Below are positions 1-12,599 of a stretch of 64,000 bases of DNA, one piece after another; position 1 is the stretch's first letter; each line of letters begins with the position of its first letter. The stretch spans positions 66,340,001 to 66,404,000 of the forward strand of contig OX597820.1 of the NCBI GenBank assembly GCA_951406725.2, read 5' to 3'. The stretch comes from Octopus vulgaris (Eukaryota). Made by a program: the position numbers and the translations under genes. The notes below the pieces were generated by a model, which was not told the DNA's origin, did no database searches, and saw only the letters and a list, made by a program, of their open reading frames with translations.

Positions 1-127
1 CACACAGATCATGGAAATATTTTCAATTAAATGGAGAAGTGGTTTTAACACCACGTTCATCACCATTTCTTCTTCTTCTTATCATTTCTTCTTCTTCTTC
101 GTTACTGAGTTTATTCATTGCTGTTTG
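1..127 (-). other. Candidate exon of an unidentified minus-strand transcript (runs off the left edge)
   Basis: Minus strand reads TCTTTTCTTTCTTTTGCTCTACAG|CAAACAGC, a strong polypyrimidine tract plus acceptor. One frame (MVMNVVLKPLLHLIENISMICV) stays open to the edge. No homology recognised. Confidence 0.3.
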
Positions 128-773
128 CTGTAGAGCAAAAGAAAGAAAAGACCACCACCACTACCACATCATCATCACCATCATCATCATTACCACCACT
201 GCCATCATTACCATCACCATCATCATACTCATCATCATTTATTGTTTAATATCACAGCATCAATCGTTTGCCATTATGATTGTTATCGTCATCGTCGTCG
301 TCATTAATTTCAAAATTAATTCTACTACTACTACTATTACACCTCACCATCGCCGCCGCCGCCGCTGTTCCCTTTGTTGTTAGTTATTCAGTTATAGGAT
401 ATAATACCGGAGATTGTCGCCTCAGGGATCAAATTTATATAACTAACTGCTAATAATCGATCCCCGATAAATTTCCTATTTGTGTCAATATCTGCATGTG
501 CTTATCTATCTGTGTGTGTGTGTATGTCTATGTGTTGGTAAATTTGAATGCATGTACATACGTATTTATATATTCTGCATGTATATGTAGTATATGTGTG
601 TGTGTGCACATACAATCATACACACACACACACACATAATTACACTTAGCACTTACATACACACGATAACACACACATACGTACACACATGTATGCGTGT
701 GTGTTTTTGTGAAGTTCTGTCTCTGTTTGGTCTGATAGTCCGTCCTATATTTGGTTTTATTCTATTATTATTA

Positions 774-817
<44 letters not shown>

Positions 818-884
818 TAACTGTAATATTTAAGCTTGGCAACGAATTGACAGAATCCTTAGAACTTCAGATATAATCGTAATA

Positions 885-1113
885 ATAATTGTTTCAGGTT
901 TTGGCCCAAGGCCAGCAATTTTGGAGAAATAGTAAGTAGATTACATCGGCCCCAATGATTAACTGGTACATCGACACCTGCCTCCCAAAAGAAAAAAAAA
1001 ATTGAAAGATAAAAATCGACATCAGTGGAATTTGAACCCAGAACGTAAAGACAGACGAAATGGTGCTAAGCATTTTGCCCGGCGTGCTAACGATTCTGCC
1101 AGCTCGCCGCCTT
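885..1113 (-). mobile_element. tRNA-derived SINE family A copy
   Basis: Reverse complement of the family-A head GGCGGCGAGCTGGCAGAATCGTTAGCACGCCGGGC, B-box-like GGTTCAAATTCC and degenerate body. Confidence 0.8.
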
Positions 1114-1154
1114 CGCTATACACTAATATTGATGCTTTGTGTTATCAGTATTGG

Positions 1155-1186
<32 letters not shown>

Positions 1187-1310
1187 TTTTCTTTCCTTCT
1201 CAGAAGAAATCGGATGTACTCCAGACCTGGGTCTCCGCCATACTCGCCGTCTGTCATGACGGCTTCCTGATGTCTCCATCGGGATGTCGCGACCCTTGGC
1301 ACGGCGTTAT
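1155..1310 (-). mobile_element. Possible LINE (RTE-like) extreme 3' fragment with (GAAA)n tail
   Basis: Minus translation ...SRHDRRRVWRRPRSGVHP resembles the RTE C-terminal DRxxWR motif and is followed by a GAAA-rich tail. An alternative reading is a plus-strand acceptor at 1203. Confidence 0.35.
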
Positions 1311-1429
1311 TTATGTCCTATAAATATTTTTACGAGATATTCTGTAGCAATTTGAGGTGAATTATTTTTGTCTATAATGTTTTTACTGCCAACATTTTTG
1401 GGACATTTTGTTCGGTGTTACCATTTTCC

Positions 1430-2165
1430 AAGACGGCGAACTGGCAGAATCGTTAGCACGCCACACAGAGTGCTGTGCGGCATTTCTTCCTTGCTTTACG
1501 TTGTGAGTTCAAATTCTGCCGAGGTCGACTTAGCTTTGCATCCTTTTGGAATCGATATATTAAATGCCATTTGAGCATCGGTATCGATGTAATCGATTAT
1601 CCCCTCCCCCAATTGTTCATGCTCTGTACCTGAAACAGGAAGAAATATTTATGCAAGGCGGCGAGGTGGCAGAAGCGTTAGCACGCTGGGCGAAATACTT
1701 AGTGGTATTTTGTTTGCCGCTACGTTCTAAGTTCAAATTCCACCGAGATCGACTTTGCCTTTCATCCTTTCGGGGTCGATTAAATAAGTACCAGTTACGC
1801 ACTGGGGTCGATGTTATCGACTTAATCCCTTTGTCTGTCCTTGTTTGTCCCCTCTATGTTTAGCCCATTGTGGGCAATAAAGAAATAAGAAGCGTTAGCA
1901 CGCTGTGCGGCATTTCATTTTTGCTTTGCGTTCTGAGTTCAAATTCCGCCGGAGCTGTCTTTGCCTTTCATTCTTTCGGGGTCGATAAAAGAAGTACCAA
2001 TTGAGCATTAGGGTCAATATAATCGACAAACATCATCTCTACAAAGATTCAGGCCTTGTGCCCAGAATAGAGGCGATTATTATTCGTGCTGGCAGAATGG
2101 TTAGCGCATCTGGCAAATTGCTTAACGGCGTTTCTTTCGGCTTTTTACAATCTATGTTCCAATGC
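1430..2165 (+). mobile_element. Head-to-tail cluster of about 4 SINE-A units
   Basis: Repeated GGCAGAA(T/G)CGTTAGCAC heads near 1442, 1667, 1888 and 2091, and the conserved core CCTTTCATCCTTTCGGGGTCGAT..AAGTACCAG, which resembles the Meta-type SINE central domain. Confidence 0.85.
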
Positions 2166-2400
2166 CAACGAGAGTGTCTCTGTTCGCGACTTCACAGGCA
2201 TCTGAAACAATTGGAGAAAGAACAGTACATATTAGAAAGCCATAGTCATTTGAGAGTAACGGGTGGCTATACTTGTACGGAATGTTCCTTCAACCATTGT
2301 CCATTTGTCCATCCATATCAGGGATGTCCCCACGTTACTTATTTTATACTACATGTGATGTCCCTTGCTCGTTCCGTTTGAAGAAGAGTATATACAGATT

Positions 2401-2700
2401 GTGAAAGCGCGTGATTTAGTGGTCTGCGTTTTCGGCACGCGATCGTAAGGTTACGAGTTCCACTCCTGGCAGCGCAGGACACTTTATTTCACGTTGATTC
2501 AGTCTGCTCAGCTAGCAAAACTGAATTGTACTCCTAATTCGAAGGGCCAGCCTTGTCAGATTCTGTTTCACGTTGAATCTCCTTTAGGACTACGTTTAAA
2601 GGTCCACATCTCTGTAGCGATCAACCACTTTAATTTTACGAGCTGGCTGTTCCGTTGATCGGAGCAACTGCAACATTTGTCGTCGTAACCGACGAAAACC
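2401..2700 (+). mobile_element. tRNA-derived SINE, head C + tail 1
   Basis: Head GTGAAAGCGCGTGATTTAGTGG..GAGTTC and tail ..GGCTGTTCCGTTGATCGG..CGTCGTAACCGACG, homologous to 62423-62691 and 10062-10240. Confidence 0.8.
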
Positions 2701-3279
2701 CAGCTTACAGATAGACTGACCTAGGAATTAACTTCCGCCCATTTGGCTAGTTTACTAACTTAAAACTTGACACTTAAAGTTACACTTATTTCCCATTGTT
2801 CCGTAAGAATATATCTGTAAAATAATGATTATCGTGTTGCTTATTTCGGTGATGCTCTATGCTAATTTTTTCTCCGTTTCATAGTTAACCATCTGTATAA
2901 CCGAAGGGGTTTCTAATCGTTTTTGTTTCATTTACCCCCTGGTAACTTTTTGAAAGTAAATTTACCCCCAATCTGTTTTGCTAAGTAATATGAGTTTTAC
3001 ACTTGTACCATAATCAAACAACCGACAAAGACGAAATTTAAAATGCTGTTTTTAAACATTATTATTTTAAGTTCAAATAACAATAAAAATAGCAACACAT
3101 GACTATGTTATTTCGTTTATTTCGGCACTAATGACGAACAGACACCAGAACTAAATACAGTCTTCTGCGTTAGTGTATTCCATTAGCAACAACACAGTAA
3201 TTAAGAAGTATACAATAGGGACTGTTAAATCCAAAACGATAGAAATGAGCAAAAATTTAATATTTTTTTTTCACAAAAT

Positions 3280-3424
3280 AAGCGTAATTCAGATTTTCTT
3301 CTCAGAATGCATAGCAGTATTTCTTCCGTCTCTACATTCTGAGCTCAAATTTTGATCATGGCGACTTGGCTTTTCATCATTTCGAGGGCGATGAAATAAA
3401 GTACAGTACCTCGGTTTTCATATA

Positions 3425-3465
<41 letters not shown>

Positions 3466-3547
3466 AGATAAATATATATATATATATATAGTAAGATAAA
3501 TATATATATATATATATAGTAAGATAAATATATATATATATAGTAAG

Positions 3548-3597
<50 letters not shown>

Positions 3598-4315
3598 GAA
3601 AAGATTATAAGGTGACAGAATCGTTAGAGCATCGGAGTAAATGATTTGTGGCATTTGTTCAGGCTCTTTACATTCTGAGTTCAAATCCCGGTGAGGTCAT
3701 CATTATTACTTCCATCCCTTTGGGAATCGATAAAAATAAAGTAAATGTCAAGAACTGAAGTTGATGGCATCGACTAACATTAGAAGTGTTGGCCTTATGC
3801 CTAAACTGAAAACGATTTTCTGGTACTTCACGTTCTGAGCTCGAATTCTTCCTTCCATTTTGTGGTAGATAAAATGAAGTACCACTCGAGAACTAGGTCG
3901 ATGCTATCGACTTGCTACATCCCCTGTAATCCGCTGGATTTGTACATAAATCAAAAATATTACTGATAATAGTAATAATGATAATCCTTTCTACTAAAGG
4001 CCTGAAATCTGGAGGGAAGGGGAAAATTGATTTCATCGACACCAGTATGCATCGACTGGACTAGGGCCTTGCGCTATTGAGTAGAAAAGAATCGTTAGCA
4101 TGCTGGATGAAATGCTTAGCGGTATTTCGTCTGCCTCTACGTTCTGAGTTCAAATTCCGCCGAGGCCGACTTTGCCTTTCTTCCTTTCGGGTTCGATTAA
4201 ATTAAATAAGTACCAGTTACGCACTGGGATCGATGTAGTCGACTTAATCCCTTCCCCCAAATTTGAAATCCCTTCCCCCAAATTTGAAGCCTTGTGCTTC
4301 CAGTAAAACGAATTA
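3280..4315. mobile_element. Cluster of degenerate and young SINE-A copies (mostly +) with an intervening (TA)n/AGTAAGATAAA array
   Basis: Several TTCTGAG(T/C)TCAAAT and GTCGAT core matches; (ATT)n tail near 4313. Confidence 0.75.
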
Positions 4316-5355
4316 TTATTATTATTATTATTATTATCATTATTATTATTATCTATGGCAGTGTCGGACCAAATGCCATCTCGCCGAAGACAGATTTCCC
4401 TCTCATCGTTCCAAGGTAAATAAAACAAAGTACAAATGAAGTACCGTTCGATTGTATCCACTACGCCTATTCCTCTCGTAATTGCTGGCTTTGTAATTAA
4501 ATTAGAAACAGTTGTTTTAACTATTGCTAGTAATAGTAGTAGTAGTAGTAGGTTGTCTTGGTCTGGTCGATTATAAATGCATAGATTGATGTCGATTGAA
4601 AAACAGCATTGAATCGTTATTTCTTTCCCGTGGTAGTTTAATAAGTTCCTTCTGAAAGGCATAAACGCCACCTACTCTCACTTGCGTCCTTAGTTTTCAT
4701 GAATTGATAGAATTATGCTTGAAGGCAAAAACCTTTTTTGCTTTTTTCTTTCTTCAATATTCGCTGCCTTTTGTCAGAAGGGATAAATTTATATCTCAAT
4801 TTCAATTGCCAATTTCCTTAAAGGATACACGATAGAGAGCTAGCTATCTAGCTAGATAGGTAGATAGATAGATAGATAGTTAGTTGAGGAGAGTATAAGA
4901 AATTCGTTATGTATATAAAGGTAAGCGTGTGTGAGTACATGTACGTACGAATGCGTGACATACAATTTTAGAACCTGACAGTTATGACTGGACAAGGGTT
5001 TCACGATTGAGTGACGATCTTCAGACAATTTATATTACACATATTTTGAATCATACAGCGGATGTAAATTTGAAATTGCTGGACATTTATCAATTTACTA
5101 GGTCACGTGTATATCATAATGTGTGCGTGTATATAATGCATACATGTATATGTATACGTCTATGCATCCGCGTACTGAGACCTTGTAATAAATAGCGATC
5201 GATACTTTCGTAGCTACAATTCGTTTGGTAATGTGTAGGTGATTGGCTCTTCTTCATATATGTATATATTTGCGTGCTGGTATGTATATGTGCATGTAAT
5301 GTGTGTCTGTGTATATAGACATATGTGTGCGTTTGTGTGTCTATGAATGCCTTGA

Positions 5356-5387
<32 letters not shown>

Positions 5388-6544
5388 CATACATACATAC
5401 ATACACATACGTACATTCTCTTATCTATCTCTGTATACGTACATCTCTGCATAAATGTCACAACTTCCTATATCGTTCATAAAACATAGGTTTCGTAATT
5501 ATTTTATGAAATCATTTAAGACCCTTTCTTTATACGAAGCAATTATTATTTAGGTGTGTATGCAATCGCGCATACATACACGCCATTTGTGTATTAAAAA
5601 AATACCGAATCCGGTTCTGGTTAAATGCTAATCTATGGCATGCACTCATGCACGTGCAGCTATTTCCATGAGAATGGAACCGAAATCGAGCAAAGATTAT
5701 TAAACTTGCATTATTAAAATGGTTTTTTTTTTAAAAAACAAATTGCCTTCGTATAGAAGGAACTATTATTGGTAAGCTTCAAGTTTTACTTACGAAACAT
5801 ACATTTAAGAAAAATTAATCGTAAATATTATAAGGAAGAGAATCAGATATGAGCACTAGCTTCAGGTAGTTTTTTTTTTTTTTTTTTTTTTTTGCTTCAT
5901 GTGGCTACGGCAAAGGAAGATGCGTTGTAGAAATGACCGAAGCTACTGAGGAGGGACACATTTCGTCATTGGTCAATCTCTCTGCAACATTTTTTAAAAA
6001 GTTCAACGTGGGAAGTAAGGACGAAGTTCAAAAGAGAATGTCCTGCAGTAATTTTGTTGAATTAGGTTTGAAAATTAACGAGCTTAACCCGAATGAACAA
6101 CCAACTACACGCACCACGGGCCTTCTGATCCGGGAAATGATAGCTGAGGAAGGGCACTCGCGTTGTGGCAGTCAAGGTAACTCTGATCTATAAGATTCCT
6201 TGACTGGATATCCCTAAGTGATGCTTATTGTCTTTGGACTTCAGAATATATATGTGTAACTCTGTGTGTGTGTGTTTATATATATATATATATGTATGTA
6301 TGGATTCCTCGTATGCCTTTTTATATGTTCATTCATATAATCTTATACGCAACCTTAGTAACCTGCAACTGTTAATGCACACGCATACGTTGCTCATGTG
6401 GCCAATAAATAACATTTTCATTATTATTATTATTATTATTATACTTTCTTCCAAATGAGAGGTATTTTTTCGCTCACCTTTGAAGTTTCCCAATCCAATA
6501 GGATTTAGATTAATGAAAAACAAATAAAACTAATAAAAATAATA

Positions 6545-6587
<43 letters not shown>

Positions 6588-6797
6588 AAAGATCAAACAC
6601 AAGGAACACCTCTATTATCGCTAATAGCCCCTCTACCACGGCCACCACCACCACCAACAACAACAACAGAACTACCACTAACAACCCTGTTATCAACGTT
6701 ATGAGCAACACCGCCGCCATAACACCGTAACTGCTATCAAAATCATTTCTGATAAAAATAAATTACCACTTTCTCCCAGCCTCTCTCTCTCTCTCAC

Positions 6798-6849
<52 letters not shown>

Positions 6850-6991
6850 CTTGGGTGTGGGTGTATCTATAAATGTATATATACCTGTATTTGTGTGTGT
6901 GTGTTTATATCAATTACATACCTGTGCGTGCATGTATATTTATATGTGTATTTGTGTACGAAGCTCTCTGTGTATGTATATATATATATGC

Positions 6992-7022
<31 letters not shown>

Positions 7023-7059
7023 AGTATATATATATATGCATATATATAGATATACATAT

Positions 7060-7118
<59 letters not shown>

Positions 7119-7879
7119 CGTATGTATGTGTAATTATGCTTACATATATATATATATACACATATATATATATATCATATATGCGTGTGTGTGTATAAGT
7201 AAAAGATATTCAGAAATTATGTCAATCTCCACCTTATATAATCTCCCATTAATGGATACATCTCGCTAAGAAAGGGATTGAGTAGCGTTTTATCACACTT
7301 TCAGCACTACGATTATGTAATTTCTTTGAGCATAATCGATCAGAATGACTGATCGATCAATCGATCGACTAATTTTGATCGATGTGATTGATGAATAAAT
7401 ATTGAATTAATCTGCCGCATAGTGTGAACACAAATGTTGTATCGTTGTGTGTGTGCGTACGTGTGTATGTGTGTGAGTGAGTGAGTGTGTATTTGTATGT
7501 GTGCGCGTGCAAGTTGTTTGTGCGTGCGTGTGCGTGCGTTATGTCAGCTTGGAACTCGGCGTAACAGGCTGCACAACCATGTTGCATAGAAAGCCAGCAT
7601 GTATGCCCCCGTATAGTCGCTCCACCTGCTAGAAACAGCACCCAAATTTCTAAGTGAGCCCTGATCCGACAGAGGTATTCCAACGGTGACCATCCCATCT
7701 TTTCCAGAATAACGTTTTAGAGTTCTCTTAGGCACATTATGGAACCATTATTAAGACTTTCACCCCAACACACATACGCAAAATAAGACACATTGGATAT
7801 ATAGTCCAGAGATCCGATCGCTGTATCTTAGTTCATCCAATACGTTTTGAGCGAAGGTGCTGCTAAGTCTCTTTTGATC

Positions 7880-8540
7880 ATTTGTTGGAAAAGTACCCCT
7901 TTGATTCCATTTTTACTCCTAGTCATTCGATGTTTAAAAAAAAAAACCTTTATAATTAGTTATTTTATTTCTTTATTGCCCTCAAGGGGCTAAACACAGA
8001 GAGGACAAACAAGGACAGACAAACGGATTAAGTCGATTATATCGACCCTAGTGCGTAACTGGTACTTATTTAATCGACCCCGAAAAGATGAAAGGTGCAA
8101 AGTCGAGCTCGGCGGAATCTGAACTCCGAACGTAACGGCAGACGAAATACCTATTTCTTTATTACCCACAAGGGGCTAAACACAGAGAGGACAAACAAGG
8201 ACAGACATAGGTATTAAGTCGATTACATCGACCCCAGTGCGTAACTGATACTTATTTAATCGACCCCGAAAAGATGAAAGGTGCAAAGTCGAGCTCGGCG
8301 GAATTTGAACTCCGAACGTAACGGCAGACGAAATACCGCTAAGCACTTCGCCCGGCGTGCTGACGATTCTACAAGCTCGCCGCCCTGTTATAATTAGTTA
8401 TTATTAGGAATTGTATAAAAGATGGTTAAAATATTTTGTGCATTGTATAAAAGTATAACTGGTTTATTGCTGATGAATTTTAAGGACAGAATCTTATGTG
8501 TAGCGCCAAGGGCCATGTGGACCTCTGTTGAGAACCATTC
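7880..8540. mobile_element. hAT(Charlie)-like MITE remnant interrupted by a SINE-A dimer
   Basis: Right end GTTGAGAACCATT resembles Charlie-type termini. The internal CATTCGATGTTT segment is shared with 29284-29595. Confidence 0.5.
7965..8387 (-). mobile_element. SINE-A head-to-tail dimer with 15-bp TSD
   Basis: TSD TTATAATTAGTTATT at 7950-7964 and 8388-8402. The two units join at GACGAAATACCTATTTCTTT (8141-8160). Confidence 0.9.
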
Positions 8541-8944
8541 ATTTAGATCTTGTTTGAACGTGGCACGTTCCATTTCTTCTTCTTCTTCTTCTTCTTCTTC
8601 TCCCTCTTCCCCCTCCCTCTCTTTCTTCGTTCCTCTGGCGGTACAGGTTGTTTAGCTGTCTTGGGTATTCCTATTCCTTCTGGCAGTCTGAAAACCTGCA
8701 ATCTCCTGTAAGCTTGCTTATCTGAAAAGTAAGAGAAGACGGCTATATAATGAACGCTTCTGACCAATAATGTCTGTCCAGTGTCTGTTGACAGCAAAGC
8801 TAGAGCTTTCGTGTTACCCGTGTAGGCCTAGATTCAGTGTCTTTGAATTAGGATGGGTTAGTCATGGATGGAATAGATTTGGTTATCGTTACGTCCGACC
8901 TTAGAATAAACAATGACAATTTGTATCATCACCACACTTAGGTA

Positions 8945-9310
8945 CCTCTGTGTGGTCGCTCAATCTGCTAGAAATATATGAAAATATCCCTCAATCGCAT
9001 CCTAACACCTTAAAAAGAATATGTTGGATAATGTTGTACTAGATTCCCTACGGGAAAGTCACGGTTGGCAGCCTTTAATCAGAGCTGACCGGAAGGAGCT
9101 TGCTTCTACATGGTCATTCAGCTCGTTAGAAATAGCAGTCAAATGACCATAACTCACACTATATTGTCTTCAATAAAGAAAAAAGGTGGACACATTGGAA
9201 AATGTAATCTTATATATTATTAAAATGATCGGATGGTCACGATTAAAATGCTTTTGATCATAAGTCTGTTCAATCAGAATCTACCCGAGAGTAAACAACA
9301 ACAACTACAA
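8945..9310 (+). repeat. Dispersed repeat family E (two tandem partial copies, (AAC)n tail; probable retroposon 3' part)
   Basis: Motif GGTC..TC..CTGCTAGAAATAGCAG.CAAAT recurs near 7615, 19870, 23910 and 49055, and inverted near 26660, 50170, 52415, 55745 and 61645. Confidence 0.6.
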
Positions 9311-9714
9311 TAACAACACCCACAATAACAACAGCAAGCCAACAACGAAGCATTAAAGCAGTCGCTAGAAATAAAAACCAAACTTCCCTCAAGTCATATC
9401 TATCGCCTTAATCTTCTACCTGACGAAATCGTTTGTCCTAAAGTCCATGCTTCGGGCTTTTAATTAGTCCTCGTTTCATACGTTCTGAGTAATGTAAAGA
9501 CTTCCTTTCATCACAATGTAGATATAGATTAATATATATATATATATATATATATACATCACATGTATAAGTAATTTAATGTACACATCACTTGTACACC
9601 GATCAATACGTAACTGTCACAATGCACACATAGATTAATATATTAATATACACTTATCACATGTAGATAGAATAGATTGACATTTTTTCCTGTATTTTTT
9701 CCTATATATTATAT

Positions 9715-9905
9715 AGTTGAAATTTACAGAAAAACAAAAGACGAAGACAGGTTTTATAAACAACAAGCAGGTGTATTAGTTTGACGCCCAGGAAAGTGAA
9801 AAAATCTTATACGTTTTGCGCCTACGCTCTTCAACAGAAGGAACACGAGGCAATAAACAGAGAGAGAATTTTAAAAAACTTTTGGAGTTTGCAGTCAATC
9901 ATGGT
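9715..9905 (-). mobile_element. Penelope-like element terminal-repeat fragment (hammerhead motif decayed)
   Basis: Homologous to 17940-18125 and 34048-34340. The core reads CTGTTGAAGAGCGTAGGCGCAAAACGTA, with GAAA lost. Confidence 0.6.
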
Positions 9906-10061
9906 GTGTGTGTGTGTATATATAAGCATATTAAGAGGTCCATGAGAAAACTCATTTAAATAAAAGGTTTGGGAACCATTGTTCGGAACTACCGCGAAAA
10001 GGTTGGGGGACCACTGTTCTAGTAGTTGCAAAAACAATAGGAACGTGTTTTTAGTTATATC

Positions 10062-10442
10062 GTGGCACTCCGTCGGTTACGACGACGAGGGTTCCAGTTG
10101 ATCCGATCAACGGAACAGCCTGCCCGTGAAATTAACGTGCAAGTGGCTGAGCAGACCACAGACACGTGTACTCTTAACGTAGTTCTCGGGGAGATTCAGC
10201 GTGACACAGAGTGTGACAAGGCTGGCCTTCTGAAATACAGGTATAACAGAAACAGGAAGAAAGAGTAAGAGAAAATTGTGGGGCAAGAGTACATCAGGGT
10301 TCGCCACCAACCCCTGCCGGAGCCTCGTGGAGCTTTTTGTTTTTCGCTCAATAAACACTCACAATGCTCGGTGTGGGTATCGAAACCATGATCCCACGAC
10401 CGTGAGTCCTCTGCCCTAACCACTGGGCAATTGCGTCTTCAC
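10062..10442 (-). mobile_element. tRNA-derived SINE, head D + tail 1
   Basis: Head GTGAAGACGCAATTGCCCAGTGGTTAGGGC..GGTTTCGATACC is shared with 38111-38397. The 3' half is of the same type as the SINE-C tail. Confidence 0.85.
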
Positions 10443-10869
10443 GTGTGTTATATACGACGCATGGACGCCAGGAGAAAGATGTCCTGCGTATCACATGTGG
10501 TACTCAGGACAGGCGAAATGGTTAAGAGCATCGTAAGCTTCCCAGGTAAAGTAATGGAGTGTGACAACTAGAGAGAATCCTAACCACAGTAGCATTAGCA
10601 TGGGGCTTTTTTAGAGCCAAGTGGCGCCCCCTAAGCAAGTGTCCAGTGTGTCCCATGGGTTCACACCGACTACACAAGTTTATGGTGATAAATCAGGGAG
10701 CGCAGAAATTTATGGTGATAAGTAAAAGAGTTTAGGAATTCATGGCACTAAATGTTGGGTGGGGGGGTGAAGCGGGGGCAGAATTCATTTATTAATCAAA
10801 TTAATCAAATCGCAGTTCTTATTATTTCTTTCACTTTGGTTAATAACTGACGTTCTATGAACTTTGTAA

Positions 10870-11330
10870 TAATAGTGTTGTTGTTGTTGATGTCGGCGGC
10901 GGCGGTGGTGGTGGTGATAGCTGCGGCGACAACGACCTCGGTTTTAATGATGGTAACGACGACGACGGCGACAGTGGTCTAATGGCGATGGTGGTCTAAT
11001 GGCGGTGATGGTGGAGGTGTTAGCAACAACATCAGTAGTAATAATTATAGTAGCGGCGGTGGAGGTGATGTTGGGTAAGTAAGTGGTTGCGGTTAGTCAT
11101 AGTAGTCGTAGTAGTAGTGATGGCGGTGATGATGTTTGTAGGTGGTATTGCAGTAGTCATCGTGGTGATAGATACGGTGGTGGTGGTGGTGAGTAATAGT
11201 TTTGTAGGAATATGGAGGACGAAGACAAATGGCAGATGCAAATGAAAATGTGATGGAATTATTGGTGCTGTCTACTGGAGAAATTTGGATAATAAAATTG
11301 ACTTTGGTGGTGGTTATTGTGTTGTAGGTG
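10870..11330. repeat. Degenerate GGT/GAT/AGT low-complexity tract
   Basis: Direct reading. Similar tracts lie at 12120-12590, 26730-27530, 36080-36870 and 55275-55920. Confidence 0.85.
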
Positions 11331-11571
11331 GGCTATCTATCTCTCTATCTATTTATCTCTATCTATCTATTTATCTCTATCTATCTATCTATCTATCTAT
11401 CTATTTATCTCTATCTATCTATTTATCTCTATCTATCTATCTATCTGTTTGTCTTATCTGTCTGTCAGTTTGTCTATCAAGTTAAGTAAACAGTGGCTAG
11501 ATTATTATTTATATGTATGTATGTGTGTGTGTATATATATATATGTGTGTGTATGTATGTATGTGTGTATG

Positions 11572-11606
<35 letters not shown>

Positions 11607-12599
11607 ACACACACACCACAAACTGGAATATATATTCATTCATATTTCTAGATGCGCACTTATGTGCAAATTCTCTCTCAAGATGTACTCGCACACGCTC
11701 GACCATACACTCATAGACAAACCATACACTAACAGTAAACTTACAGGCGTTTATAGACACACGCATACGCTCTCTCTTTCTCTCTCCCTCCACATACGCA
11801 AACTCTATCGTATACACATACACTTTACGTACACAATTGTAATAACATATTAGTAGACACATTTACACACACACATAACCACACGAGTAAATTTAGAAAT
11901 GGTCGCACACTCACGCATGCGCACATATACATACACAGAGCCACAAACGCCATGTCTGTGTTAGGGAAGAGTGTGAAGAAGGCCCTATTGGAAGAAACAG
12001 ACGTGTCTTCAATAAAATTTGAAAGTTAAAGACAGGAAGACATTGTTAGAATATAGTTTTATTACCTTTGTTACTGTTATATTAAAATTGACTCATTTAT
12101 TCCATGTAATATCTTAGCAGCAGACATGTTCGCTGGATTTATTGTGATTCTTGTTGTAGTTGTTGTTGTTGGTGGTGGTGGTGATAGTGGTGGTGAAGGC
12201 GGGATTTTGTTTCTGTTGTTGTTGTGGTGGCGGCGGCGGCGGTGGTCTTTTTGTTGCTGTTCGCTGCTATTGGTTCCTGTTGGTGGTGGGAGAATTTGTT
12301 CTTGGAGGTGATGATGGTGGTGGTGGTATTATTTTTGTTACTATCGTTGTTGCTTTTGTTGTTGACTGTATTGTTATTGATTCTTAGTGGTGGTGACGGC
12401 GGCGGTGGTGATGATGGTGATGAAGTTTGTTCTTGAAGGTGGTGATGGTCTTGTTGTTGTTGTTGTTGGTTTTGGTTGTTGTTGCTGTTGTTAGTGGTGG
12501 TGTTTGCATTGCTGTTGTTATGATCGGGGCCTCTTATGGTCGGTCTTTTTGTTGATGGCGATAGCAGTTGGTGTTAGGCGAATCATAATCGTTGCTGAA

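Noticed and set aside
6799-7269. Many long ORFs rich in YI, CV, HT or LS (also 16005-16534, 40953-41622, 58072-58686, 60309-61017)
   Set aside because: They are translations of (TA)n, (TG)n, (CATA)n and (TCTA)n microsatellites, which lack stop codons in most frames.
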